A stretch of 64,000 nt of DNA from Chrysomallon squamiferum (taxonomy: Eukaryota > Animalia > Mollusca). A model generated the notes under the pieces. That model was not told the origin of the DNA, did not search any database, and saw nothing but the letters and a program-made list of their open reading frames with translations. The stretch covers positions 27,342,001 through 27,406,000 of the forward strand of contig CM022670.1 of the NCBI GenBank assembly GCA_012295275.1, read 5' to 3'. Positions within the stretch are counted from its first letter, which is position 1. Each line of letters opens with the position of its first letter. Position numbers and translations under genes: made by a program. Below are positions 1 to 13,300 of this stretch, piece by piece.

Positions 1-99
1 ATATGTGATGTTATTGACTGACTGACATAAACTCTCTATCAGTTGAGACATGTTATCTTATTTGGAAGAAAATGATGTTTGTTGACATATATATATTAT

Positions 100-700
100 A
101 TATGATGTAAAGATTGATATGAATGTTACTGATAAATATATATTTTATATCAAATGTAAGATTGATATGAATGTTACTGATAGATAGATATTTTATATCA
201 AATGTAAGATTGATACGAATGTTACTGATAGACATATATTTTATATCAAATGTAAGATTGATATGAATGTTACTGATAGATATTTTATATCAAATGTAAG
301 ATTGATATGAACGTTACTGATAGATATTTTATATCAAATGTAAGATTGATATGAATGTTACTGATAGATATATATTTTATATCAAATGTAAGATTGATAT
401 GAATGTTACTGATAGATATTTATTTTATATCAAATGTAAGATTGATATGAATGTTACTATAGATATATATTCTAACACAGATGATGTTTCACTGATATGA
501 ATGTTACTGATAGATATATATTCTAACACAGATGATGTTTCACTGATATGAATGTTACTATAGATATATATTCTAACACAGATGATGTTTCACTGATATG
601 AATGTTACTGATAGATGTATATTGTACATCAGATGATGTATCACAGATATGAATGTTACTGATAGATGTATATTGTACATCAGATGATGTATCACAGACG
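100..700. repeat. Minisatellite, 44-48 bp unit, changing to a related variant after ~470
   Basis: TTTTATATCAAATGTAAGATTGATATGAATGTTACTGATAGATA; caaatg recurs at 151, 199, 247, 291, 335, 383 and 431. Confidence 0.9.
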
Positions 701-1180
701 TGCTGCTGGTTCATGTGACAAGTTGTGTTCTGTCTCAGATGTAAGACTGAAATAAATTGTTACTGGGTGAATTATTTCTCTAGTGTACATAACAGTTACA
801 GATTGGTCTCATTGATTCAGCTGTTAACATGTATGTGTAGTTTTGTGTGTGTGTGTGTGTGTGTGTGTATATAAATATATATGTATGTATGTTATGTATT
901 GATGTGTGTATGTATGTGTATATATATGTGTGTGTATTTGTGTGTGTATGTATCATATTTCAATTTTCTTAACTGTTCTTTATGTTTTTTTAATATGTTA
1001 TAAATTCATTTCATAAATACCCACAACCTTTCCTGACTATGTAATAAATCAGTCTGTTAACATAAAATAAAATAAAACACATTTATCTGACAATATATTG
1101 TTTTTTTTGAAAGTACGAAAAGTTCTTTCAGGTAAAAAAAAAAAAAAAAACAATCATTTTCTATTCAGCTTTCATATTTC

Positions 1181-1228
<48 letters not shown>

Positions 1229-1249
1229 AAGAAATAAAAAATTTATGAA

Positions 1250-1525
1250 TATGGTCAAAGTCTGTCAGATTTCAAAAAGGAAATCAGAAATCAGCCTCCA
1301 AAGCAGGAGACTTCCACAAAGGGCAGTCATTCATGAATAAGAGATCCATTGATAATATAGATTATTGATTGGATGACAGCAAGCAAGGTCAGTTATAGTG
1401 TGGGGCACAGTTAATGGGAAATCAGAAGACAGATTTAAATCATTCATAGGTTTGAAAATGAGAAATGGCAAAGTGGACAACAATGGTTTAAATCTGAATA
1501 AATAGAGAATTATGGGTATCAGTGT
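1250..1525 (+). mobile_element. Possible highly decayed LINE reverse transcriptase fragment
   Basis: Frameshifted peptides LPQ(R/G)AVI and ESED...NNGLNLNK*RIMGIS resemble the RT motifs GxPQGxVL and GLxxNxxKTKIM. Recognised by eye only. Confidence 0.3.
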
Positions 1526-1548
1526 AATATCCATCATTTACACTTGAT

Positions 1549-1960
1549 GAGAGCCAAGTTAAACACCAGAATTAGTTACATATGTAATTATATACATACA
1601 TACAGCTTAATCAGTAGAGTATTACATATATCACTTCAACAGAGCCAAGTTAAACACCAGAATTAGTTACATATGTAACTATATACATACATATAGCTTA
1701 ATCAGTAGAGTATTACATATATCACTTCAACAGAGCCAAGTTAAACACCAGAATAAGTTACATATGTAATTATATACATACATATAGCTTAATAAGTAGA
1801 GTATTACATATATCACTTCAACAGAGCCAAATTAAACACCAGAATTAGTTACATATGTAATTATATACATACATATAGCTTAATTAGTAGAGTATTACAT
1901 ATATCAGTGTAATGTCCATCATTTACACTTCAACAGAGCCAAGTTAAATACCACAATTAG
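1549..1960. repeat. Tandem repeat, 91 bp unit, about 4.5 copies
   Basis: GAGCCAA recurs at 1551, 1642, 1733, 1824 and 1936. Confidence 0.92.
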
Positions 1961-2140
1961 AGTTAGTTATATTCTAAAATACATACATACATATACACAG
2001 ACAGATGGACAGACTGAAAGACAAACACAAACATATACTCATACACATAAATTTACATATACTAAAACACACAAACACACACATACATATACTAAAACAC
2101 ACACACACACATACATACACACATACATACATGTATACAC

Positions 2141-2176
<36 letters not shown>

Positions 2177-2179
2177 ACA

Positions 2180-2210
<31 letters not shown>

Positions 2211-5200
2211 GATGTTATTTTATTATATTATTTAATTATTAATGTATTTATGTAGCTAAAATTGCATACACCTCACATCATTTTACTCAGTCTGTAAATA
2301 CACTTATTCAAAAATTAATTAAACACTAATTAATCTAAATAACAGCCCAGAGGAACTGACAGCGGTGTACAAGAATTAGTTTAACACCAGCAGTGTTCTA
2401 CAGAAACCAGCTAAACAACAGTCTGTGAGTCTGTACAGCAGCACCACGCTCTGTTCATTTGTTAGCAAGCTTCCTCCGAGTTCAAACAAGAAACAAGTTA
2501 GGTCTTGTTAAGGTTAATTGGTTTGTGTTAAGAGCTCTGAAGCAATGGTCAGCTTACATCACTGAATCACCGGTCACTTCTTCCCGACAGACATTAAGAT
2601 AGCAAACTGAAGAATTAGGTTGACCATCGGTCAAGCAACTGGTCATCTTAGGTGATGTTCAGCGAGTTGATTAGTGTAAAGCAATATGAGTTTGTGGATG
2701 AACGTCAAAGAAATAAACAAATAACTGTTAAGTCTGCTGATTCAGTGAACGGTTCATTTTGTTATTTGGTTTGCTTTTTATGATTTATTCTCTTTGATAT
2801 ATATACATATATATATTTTTTTATAATCATTATTGTTACTGTTTTTATATATGTTTGTATGGAAAGATGTATGTATGTTTAAATGAATGTGTGTTTGCAT
2901 GTATATATGTATGTATGCAAGTTTATATATATTTATGTTTGTATGTATGTATAAACGTATGAATTATGCATGTATGTATTTATGTAATATGTGTATCTGT
3001 TTGTGTGAGTGTGTGTATTATATATGAAGTTTATATATATTTACGTATATGTATTGTTTGAATTATGTATATATGTATGTATGTATATATGTATGTATGA
3101 GTGAGTGTGTGTGTGTATATTATGTATTTTCATATATATGTATCTATTTACATATAAATTATGTATGGTATGTACATACATATATCTTTTAGTGTGGGTG
3201 TGTATATTTTGTTTTGATTTATTAAATACCAGCACTGTTACATTATATGCATATAAACAAGAGAAGCCCATAAACTGTTATCTATCTCTTTGCCTCTATC
3301 ATATTGTTGTTCACAGCCAGAACATATCACAACAGTTCACACAATTATGTCCTGAGATACTATAACAAAATGATATCTGAAATATGCAACAAAGAGGCAA
3401 TGAAACTTTATCTGACAAATCCTGAACATCTGTTTGAATAGCTATCTCTCTGCCAGTGTGCTATGTCACATGTTCACCTCGATATTATAATTTTGTGAAT
3501 AAATAGTTTGAATTTGTTTATAAAAATTTTGTTTGAAAATTAATTATACTTTGAAAGAACTCACTTACTGATGGAGTGAATGAAATGGAAAGAATTTTTT
3601 TTTATGTTTTTTGTGTTTTATAGTGATATCATTTCAGGTCATATCACAGTATTCTATAAATAGACATTTACGTTATGCCATGACAATATTATGCTCCATT
3701 CTGATATATAAACATATGTACATGTAAATAAACAGAAAACAAGATGTGTTCATGTTGATTACAGATTGACAGACAGGCAGGTGGATTTTGAATGGACATT
3801 CATATGGATGGATGGACATAATGACTGACTCATTGAGAGACAGACAAAAAACACATAAACACGATTAGAACAACATTAATTAATTTTCATTAAATTCTCC
3901 AACTTTACAAACTGTAAATAAATAATGTTTTCATATTAAACAAAAACAGTTTGTCAAACACATAATGTTAATATTACGGTTCTATTGTAATGGAAATGTT
4001 TTTGTTAAACAAAACAAAACATTCTGTTTTTTTGGTGCTTATATTTTTAAAAAAGTTAGTATTGATTATGCATAACAAACAGACTGAATGTCATGAATCC
4101 ATAAAGTTGTCATCATTCAAAACATCATACAAATAAATAAATATCATCCTTTCATGACAGGGAAATTCTTTCATCACATTTCTGCACTGTGAATTTTTTC
4201 TTTATGTTTGTATTTTTGAAATCTTTTCTAGTATATTGATAATCTTTAAAAAAATAAATTACTTGAGTTTTATTGTTCTACAAAAATGTCAAGACATTAG
4301 TGCAAGAACAAATGTAACTGTTTCTTACTGTTTATTTTAAAAATATCTATTAGCATGCTGATAGCACACAATAAACTGCATGAATATCATTGTTGTATAA
4401 AAATGTCTTCATTCAATACATCACACAAATAAAAAATAATAAATTTCCACCACAATGAAATTCTTACAAGATCTGGAGGGGGTGTTCTTGGGTTTTTATT
4501 ATATTTTAAAAAATGTTTTCAAGTATATTGATAATCAAAAACAAACAACAACAAAAAAAATTACATGAAAATCATTGTTCTACAAAAATGTCTTCTCTGC
4601 CAATAACTATTATATTTTTTTTTCTTTTTGCTTAAAATGTATTAAATTAATTACATTTAACACACAGACTGTGTCATAGTTCTACACAAACGTTTCCATT
4701 CATGAGATAACATTACCTTTAGAATCCATTATAACCTTTTTTTACTTCCCATTTATTATATGCATTTTTTTTTGGAAAATATAAATATATTGATTGTAGG
4801 TGAACAAACGTTTGTGATACACACATGACAAAGAGAAAAACTACTCCATCTGTGTTTGCAGAAAACAATTGAGTTTTTGTTTGTGAGACATTGATTTGTG
4901 ATTGTTTCGTGTGGAATAAATCTCTGTATGACACAGGTCACTGTGTGATGTTCTTCCTGGGATGCGTGTAAAAACAGGAAGTCGGGTTATCCACACGTTG
5001 TTTTGTTGTAAAAACCATGTTCGTGTCAACCCTGTTTTTCTTGCAGCTCTGCTGTCTTTGTCTTTCTTATTTTGTTAAGAATGTTGCTGTTTTCGTTTTT
5101 TTTTTGTTTCCTGTCATTATTTATTTATTTATAGTATGAAATATTATCATCATTATTAATAATATATTAATCTATATATATATTTTTTTACCTTAAACAA

Positions 5201-5824
5201 ACAGAGTTTTTTAAATTTATTTTATATCTAGAAGTGTACTTACATACATACATACATACATACACACATACATACATACATACATACATACACACATACA
5301 CAGATATATACACATACTCATACACCAATGCATTTAGAAACAAATATACAAATCACTTTAAATACATATACACTGAAACATATAAACACACACAAACTCC
5401 TTATATTTAATAATAACTGAAAAATGTTCCAATCCATTATCACAAGCATTCAAAATATATAAAAAAAATAAAAATAAAAAAAAACACAAAAACGTACATT
5501 ATTTTCATTTAAGAAAATAATAATAATAATAATAAAATACAGATCTTGAAGAAAAAAATAACATGATGCTCTTTTCAGGATGAAAATGAAAGAAATGTCA
5601 TTTAGTAAAACCATTAGGAATACACATCACTGGATTTTCTGACATCCCTTCTCCAGAGACTAACTTCTCTAAATTGTATTTTATCATGTTACACCTTTGT
5701 ACAGCAAATCAGCAAGTGTGTTCAGACCTTTAACAGGATAATGAATGGTATTACATCCTGTCTATAACTCTGCTATTCACTCTCACCTAAAATTTCATTA
5801 TTCATTCCTTGTCTGAGAAATACT

Positions 5825-5935
5825 GTTATTCATTCTGACTTATAACTTGGTTATTCATTTTGATATATAACTTTGTTATTCATTCTGATATATAACTTTG
5901 TCATTCATTTTGATATATAACTTTGTTATTCATTC
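5825..5935. repeat. Short tandem repeat, ~25 bp x 4-5
   Basis: GTTATTCATT(C/T)TGATATATAACTTT units. Confidence 0.8.
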
Positions 5936-6269
5936 CCACCTACTTGGCATGAGTGTTTCAGTAACAAGAAAAAGATCACAGTGGTTACTGGTATTAATAT
6001 AACGAATGAACAGATTTGTGTAGAACTAAGACAGAAATGTTTTTAAAAATATAGACAAAATAAAATTATAATAGTATTTGACTGTAATGTCTTGAACAAA
6101 GACATCTTTTGCAGAACAGTGATTTTTTTGGTAATTGTTGTTTTTGTTTTTTTATTATAATATTAATTTTTCTGTCTATCCCATAAAAATCAAACTCATC
6201 ATACATTACCCACCTTCATTCCACTAACTATGCCATGTCCAATCTGAACTCCACTAAAGTTAACATTCT

Positions 6270-8700
6270 TCATCTGCTTCCCACTGAATATATCATCCCC
6301 CACCTGCATCACACTAAACATATCATAATTCACCTAAATCACACTATACACATCATACCCACCTACATCACACTAAACATATCATACTTCACCTACATCA
6401 CACTAAACATATCATACTTCACCTACATCACACTAAACATATCATCCCCCACCTACATCACACTAAACATATCATCCCCCACCTACATCACACTAAACAT
6501 ATCATCCCCCACCTACATCACACTAAACATATCATACCCCACCTACATCACACTATACACATCATACTTCACCTACATCACACTAAACATATCATCCCCC
6601 ACCTACATCACACTAAACATATCATCCCCACCTACATCACACTAAACATATCATACTTCACCTACATCACACTATACATATCATCCACCACCTACATCAC
6701 ACTAAACATATCATCCCCACCTACATCACACTAAACATATCATACCCCACCTACATCACACTAAACATATCATACCCCACCTACATCACACTAAACATAT
6801 CATACTCCCACCTACATCACACTAAACATATCATCCCCCACCTACATCACACTATACATATCATCCCCCACCTACATCACACTAAACATATCATCCCCAC
6901 CTACATCACACTAAACACATCATACTTCACCTACATCACACTATACATATCATACTTCACCTACATCACACTAAACATATCATCCCCCACCTACATCACA
7001 CTATACATATCATACTTCACCTACATCACACTAAACATATCATCCCCCACCTACATCACACTAAACATATCATACTTCACCTACATCACACTAAACACAT
7101 CATACTTCACCTACATCACACTAAACATATCATACCCCACCTACATCACACTAAACATATCATCCCCCACCTACATCACACTAAACATATCATACCCACC
7201 TACATCACACTAAACATATCATCCCCACCTACATCACACTAAACACATCATACTTCACCTACATCACACTAAACATATCATACTTCACCTACATCACACT
7301 AAACATATCATCCCCCACCTACATCACACTAAACATATCATACTTCACCTACATCACACTAAACACATCATACTTCACCTACATCACACTAAACATATCA
7401 TCCCCCACCTACATCACACTATACACATCATCATACACACCTACATCACACCCCACCTACATCACACTATACATATCATCCCCACCTACATCACACTAAA
7501 CATATCATCCCCCACCTACATCACACTATACATATCATACTTCACCTACATCACACTAAACATATCATACTTCACCTACATCACACTAAACATATCATAC
7601 TTCACCTACATCACACTAAACATATCATCCCCACCTACATCACACTAAACATATCATCCCCCACCTACATCACTAAACATATCATCCCCCACCTACATCA
7701 CACTAAACATATCATACTTCACCTACATCACACTAAACATATCATACTTCACCTACATCACACTAAACATATCATACTTCACCTACATCACACTAAACAT
7801 ATCATCCCCCACCTACATCACACTAAACATATCATCCCCACCTACATCACACTAAACATATCATACTTCACCTACATCACACTAAACATATCATACTTCA
7901 CCTACATCACACTAAACATATCATCCCCCACCTACATCACACTAAACATATCATCCCCACCTACATCACACTAAACATATCATACCCCACCTACATCACA
8001 CTAAACATATCATCCCCCACCTACATCACACTAAACATATCATACTTCACCTACATCACACTAAACATATCATACCCCACCTACATCACACTAAACATAT
8101 CATCCCCCACCTACATCACACTAAACATATCATACTTCACCTACATCACACTAAACATATCATACCCCATCTACATCACACTAAACATATCATACCCCAT
8201 CTACATCACACTAAACATATCATACCCCATCTACATCACACTAAACATATCATACCCCATCTACATCACACTAAACATATCATACTTCACCTACATCACA
8301 CTAAACATATCATACCCCATCTACATCACACTAAACATATCATACCCCATCTACATCACACTAAACATATCATACCCCATCTACATCACACTAAACATAT
8401 CATACTTCACCTACATCACACTAAACATATCATAACCCACCTACATCACACTAAACATATCATACCCCATCTACATCACACTAAACATATCATCCCCCAC
8501 CTACATCACACTAAACATATCATACTTCACCTACATCACACTATACACATCATACTTCACATACATCGCACTAAACATATCATAACCCACCTGCATCAAA
8601 CTATACACATCATACTTCACCTACATCATACTAAACATATCACACTTCACTACATCACATGAAACACATCATACCCCCCACCTGTATCTTACTGAACATA
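6270..8700. repeat. 30-bp C/A-rich minisatellite, about 80 copies
   Basis: CACCTACATCACACTAAACATATCA followed by TCCCC, TACTT or TACCC; edges degenerate. Confidence 0.97.
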
Positions 8701-8859
8701 TTATTTGTTCATCAGCACCCCTCTGAACGATTCATTTCCCCCATGCACACCACCACCCTGCCCACACTGTCACTCAGTCCCCACCCACCCAGACAGACAT
8801 CAGACAGACAGACAGAAAAGAAAAGACCCGCTGTCTGAGAGTTTGATGTTTAAAGCGTA

Positions 8860-9010
8860 CAGCAGTGATGCACTGTTAAAGCAGTGATGCAGTTAAACGA
8901 CGAATGAGCTGAAACATCAACCACTATTGGCTTGGAAAATTCTCCACTCCGTTCTATTGTAGCCTCTGTCATTAACAGATACTGTTAGTGTAGCAGTCAG
9001 TATGGAGATT
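8860..9010 (+). promoter_or_regulatory. Possible promoter region of the PTP gene
   Basis: Higher-complexity island about 1.2 kb upstream of the ATG, with a duplicated GCAGTGATGCA, a reverse CCAAT (ATTGG ~8926) and an Inr-like TCAGT (~8997). Motifs only. Confidence 0.2.
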
Positions 9011-9295
9011 CTCATACACACAGTGACACACATAACAATCCACTGCTGCTGCTCGTGTTGTTGTTGTTGTTGTTGTCGTCATTGAGGTTGTTATTGTTAC
9101 TAGGATAAGAAACTGGGAAGATGAAGAAGATACAGCATGTTTTATGATGATGACGATGATGATGATGATGATGACAGGTTAAAAAAAAATTGTTTATTTA
9201 TTTTTGGATTGTTATATACTTGTATCTAAGACTGGAATTCCCATTAGCAAGAGACAACGTGATTAAAGCTTTGTGCGTATGAGTTAGAAAAAAAA

Positions 9296-9335
<40 letters not shown>

Positions 9336-9936
9336 GATTATTTATGTTTTCTTCTTACACACCAGTGTTATTGACTGGGGAATACTCTGTTTGCAACATG
9401 AAGATTAAAAGAAGGAGTTTTTGATAATAACTGTGTTGTTATATAAATATACATACAAACAACACATATTGTATGTTACATGTCAGTGGTAAGAAAAACA
9501 AGTCATTGCAGAAAAGAGTGATGTCAAAGTGTTCTTGATAATTACTGTTTAATTTTACAATATGTATATATATTTATTACATATTTATTGTGTTTATAAT
9601 ACACTTTTTGAAATGTCCTAGCAGTTTGTACAAAAGTACAAAAAAGAGTTTTTGACAATTAATGTCTAACTTTGAAAAATGGTTGTATAGTATTTGTAAT
9701 ATTCTAGTGTTTGAAACTGGAATTTCCCAGTGGTGCTGTTATTAATGAGTGGATTATAATGAAATATTTATACTGATATAATTTATTGTACTTTTGACTG
9801 GACAATATGTGCGTTATTTCCAGGGTGTTAAAATATTTAAATTCATATCAGTTTGCAAGAAGAACAAGATTATGGCAAATGGCCTGTCACTTTTGACTGA
9901 TATTATAATTTAAAAACTGTTTTATTTCATTTATAT

Positions 9937-9993
<57 letters not shown>

Positions 9994-10179
9994 GTAACAT
10001 GGTTTAGCATCATAAAAAAAACAACATCAGTGTTAACAACAGTAATTGTTTTACACTCAGTCTGGTGTAGTCTCCAAGTAATTCAACAGTACATCTCAGT
10101 GCTGCCTGTTTGACAACAGTGCTGTGTGATTTCACTACTGTGTGATTTCACCGTAGATACAATGTAGATTTAACTGCTG

Positions 10180-10383
10180 ATGACAAACATGGGTAAAAAA
10201 CTCCTGTCTTCCTTGAGTGCTCAGTTCCTAAAGTTTAAAGTAATGTGTGGACTTTCTGTGGATTCCACAGCTAAAGAAGAAAAGGCAGTTTCGTCTGTGG
10301 TGCCGGAACCCATTCCTGTGTATCAGTTTCTGCAAACCCTGCAGAAGAAGAAACAAGAAAAATACCTCAACATAGAAGTTAGA
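10180..10383 (+). CDS. PTP coding exon 1 (N-terminus and juxta-D1 helix, [27 protein letters not shown])
   Basis: ATG at 10180 (second ATG at 10189), in-frame TAA at 10171, RPTP-like PIPV..F helix, donor AGA|gtaagt, phase 0. Confidence 0.8.
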
Positions 10384-13300
10384 GTAAGTAGTTGTGTGAC
10401 TGATCCTTCAACATATTTATTGCTGTTGTTGCTGTTGGTGGTGGTGGTGGTGGTGGTGGTGGTGGTGGTAGTGATGGTGATGTTATTTAATTATTGTTGT
10501 CATTATTGTTATTGTTGTTATTATTATTGTTGTTATTTTTGCTATTGTTATTAATGCTAATATTATTGTTATTTTTATTATTATGGTTGTTGCTGTTATT
10601 GTTTGTATTGTTTTTTATTATTGTTGTTAATGTTATTGTTATTATTGCTAATATTGTTATTATTATTATTATTGTTGTTTTTGTTGTTGTTAGTTATTTT
10701 TATTGTTAATATTATTGTTATTATTATTATTCATTTTATTTCTGTAATTAAAATATTGATTTTTATTTTTATGTATGGTATAAATAATAAATTTATAGAA
10801 CTAACTACTAAATTTTCATCTCATAACATTTTTTTAAAAATTTAATATATAGAAGAAAAGGACAGATGAATCTTAAGAAGTTCATATAATTATACTGTAA
10901 TGAGTAAAATATTAAAATTGTTACACAGGCATGTTTCAGACACAAAGAAGGACAGACAACTGGATACACTCCATATAAGAATTAAAATTGCAAAATATAA
11001 TAATTAAATTTATAATTCTATACAATTTTAAGTTTTGACAGTAAATTTTATTAGAAAATATACAGAATTAAATGAAAATACAACAAACCTTAACTGAAGT
11101 TTAAGTATTTTTATTATTATCAGCTAAAAATTAAATTTATAGAATGTGACAATTAAGCTCACAGAAGAAAAACATGAACAAACAGCTGGTATAACCAATT
11201 TTTTTATTACTGAACTAAAAATAAACTCTCTGAACTAGCTTTTAACCTTTTTGAAGTTGTAAAAGAAAACAGAAACAATAAATCATAAATGTTTGTGTAA
11301 GACTTTTCATTATTAGATAAAACAAAATTTAAAACAAAAAGCATAAGTATAATATTTTTCTTAATAACAGCTTAGGCAAAATGTACAATTTGTACATTTA
11401 AATTTTAAAACGCAAAATATAATTTATAAATTTAAATTATAATCTCAAATGAATTCTTTTATTTTTTTATTTTTTTAATATTTTTAACAATAGTTGAAAA
11501 TAAAATGAAAAGTTTGTGTAAAAATGTTTATTACTAAAAGGAAATAAAAATTTTTACAATTAAAATATTACAACTAAAACAAAATAGAAAAAAGTGTAGT
11601 TTCTTATAAGTAATATTTAATAATGGCTGAAATGTAAAAAATAACAATTAAATTAAAGAAAGAAACAGCTGTACACTTTTATTCATGTATGTAATATTTA
11701 GATTAATATTAACTGAATTAAACTTGTGACAACTGAACTGATAAAAACTTCAACAGATGTTAATAACTAATATTTACATTATTACCAGCTAAAAATTAAA
11801 ATGTGAAAATTAGATTTGTATAAACCTTCAAAACTTAAAAATTATAATAATAATTATAAATAACATTTAGTTTAATGTCTACAAAAAACAAAAAATACTA
11901 AAGTAGAAGGAAAAGTAATGATAGAAATTAAAAATTGATATTTTAAAAAAATAACATTTTAAATCAATAGCTGAAAATGACAAACCTCTGAAAATAGAAG
12001 TCCATTTAAGTAGTTTGTTTATTATTGATTATTAAGTGTTAAAAATAATTATGTAAAAACAAATGATTTAAATTTACAGAACGAAAAAGAAAGAAAAAAT
12101 GCTGAACACAGCTGATAGTTCATTTCAGTATTTGACTCTTTAGTTAACTTTTATTATACAAACTTATATTTTTTTATTTTGTTTTGACTTAATTAACTTT
12201 AAAAAATTAAAAATAAAAACATGACAACAGAAAGAAAACAAGGCACTGGCTGTTGAAGAAAGAAATTAAGTTTTACAGTTCAGTTTTTATTATTATAATT
12301 TCTTTAATATTACTTTATTGTATTGTTATTATTGTCAGTTGAAATTGTTTATCAAAATAAAACTCCAAAATTATATTAAAATTAAAAAGAAAAAAATATA
12401 AGTATCATCATAAATTAAAAAAGTATAAAATTAAATGAACCAAAAATATTAAAAGATTATTTAGTTAAATATTTTTTTTTTTTTTTTTTTTTTTTTTTAT
12501 ACTAAGCAAAAGCATAATTGCATAATAATAAAATGAATGGAATAAAATAAAATAATTTATTTTTTTATATCAGTGTGGTTAATTAGATTATTAATACATT
12601 ATGTAAAGATATTTTCAACTGTTGAAATATTTTGGTAAACTTAATACAAACAGATTAACAAAATTCAATAAAATCATTCAGATTAATAAATATGTATACA
12701 GAATTTAATTAAGCATACACATTCATTATACACTTGGCATAAATGGAATAATGCTTGTGATAGTATTATGTAATAATTTGTAATGATGTTGGTAAACAAA
12801 TTTAAGGCTGATTTAATTCTGTTAGCAAAGAAGCATTTGTAAGATTTATAATCATGATCTTAAATTTGAAAAGTTTTACAATATATTATTTCAAATCTTC
12901 TTTTTAATAAGCATATATTTTGAATAATACATGTTTAAGTACAGATTTTAAATTCTTATGCAAAATTGTTTTTAAAAAAAAAAAAAAAAAAAATATATAT
13001 ATATACATATACATAAGCATGTATACATATATACACACATAAAATATATAAATATGACAGAAAGATCATTAAAACACAAGCTGGAAATAGTTTTCCCAGT
13101 ATATAAGTAACATACTGTTTGGGATCTTTTTCTTCACAAAAATATAAATTATACTGTAAATATCCACAAAGAGATAAAAGGCAGAATAATAAATATGAAA
13201 AGAAAAGTCAAAGTCTTTGGGCTTTTTTCCTGTTCTTGCTAGTACTCTGAAACTGTTGCTTTTATATAATATGCTTTTCTCTTCATCTGGGAAAGTTTAT

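Noticed and set aside
6235-6645. 136-aa repetitive ORF (TYITLNISSP)n
   Set aside because: It results from a 30-bp unit being a multiple of 3; the frame breaks at the first 29-bp unit.
10189-10209. N-myristoylation at MGKKLLS
   Set aside because: Position 6 is Leu rather than the favoured Ser/Thr, and an upstream in-frame ATG exists; too weak to call.
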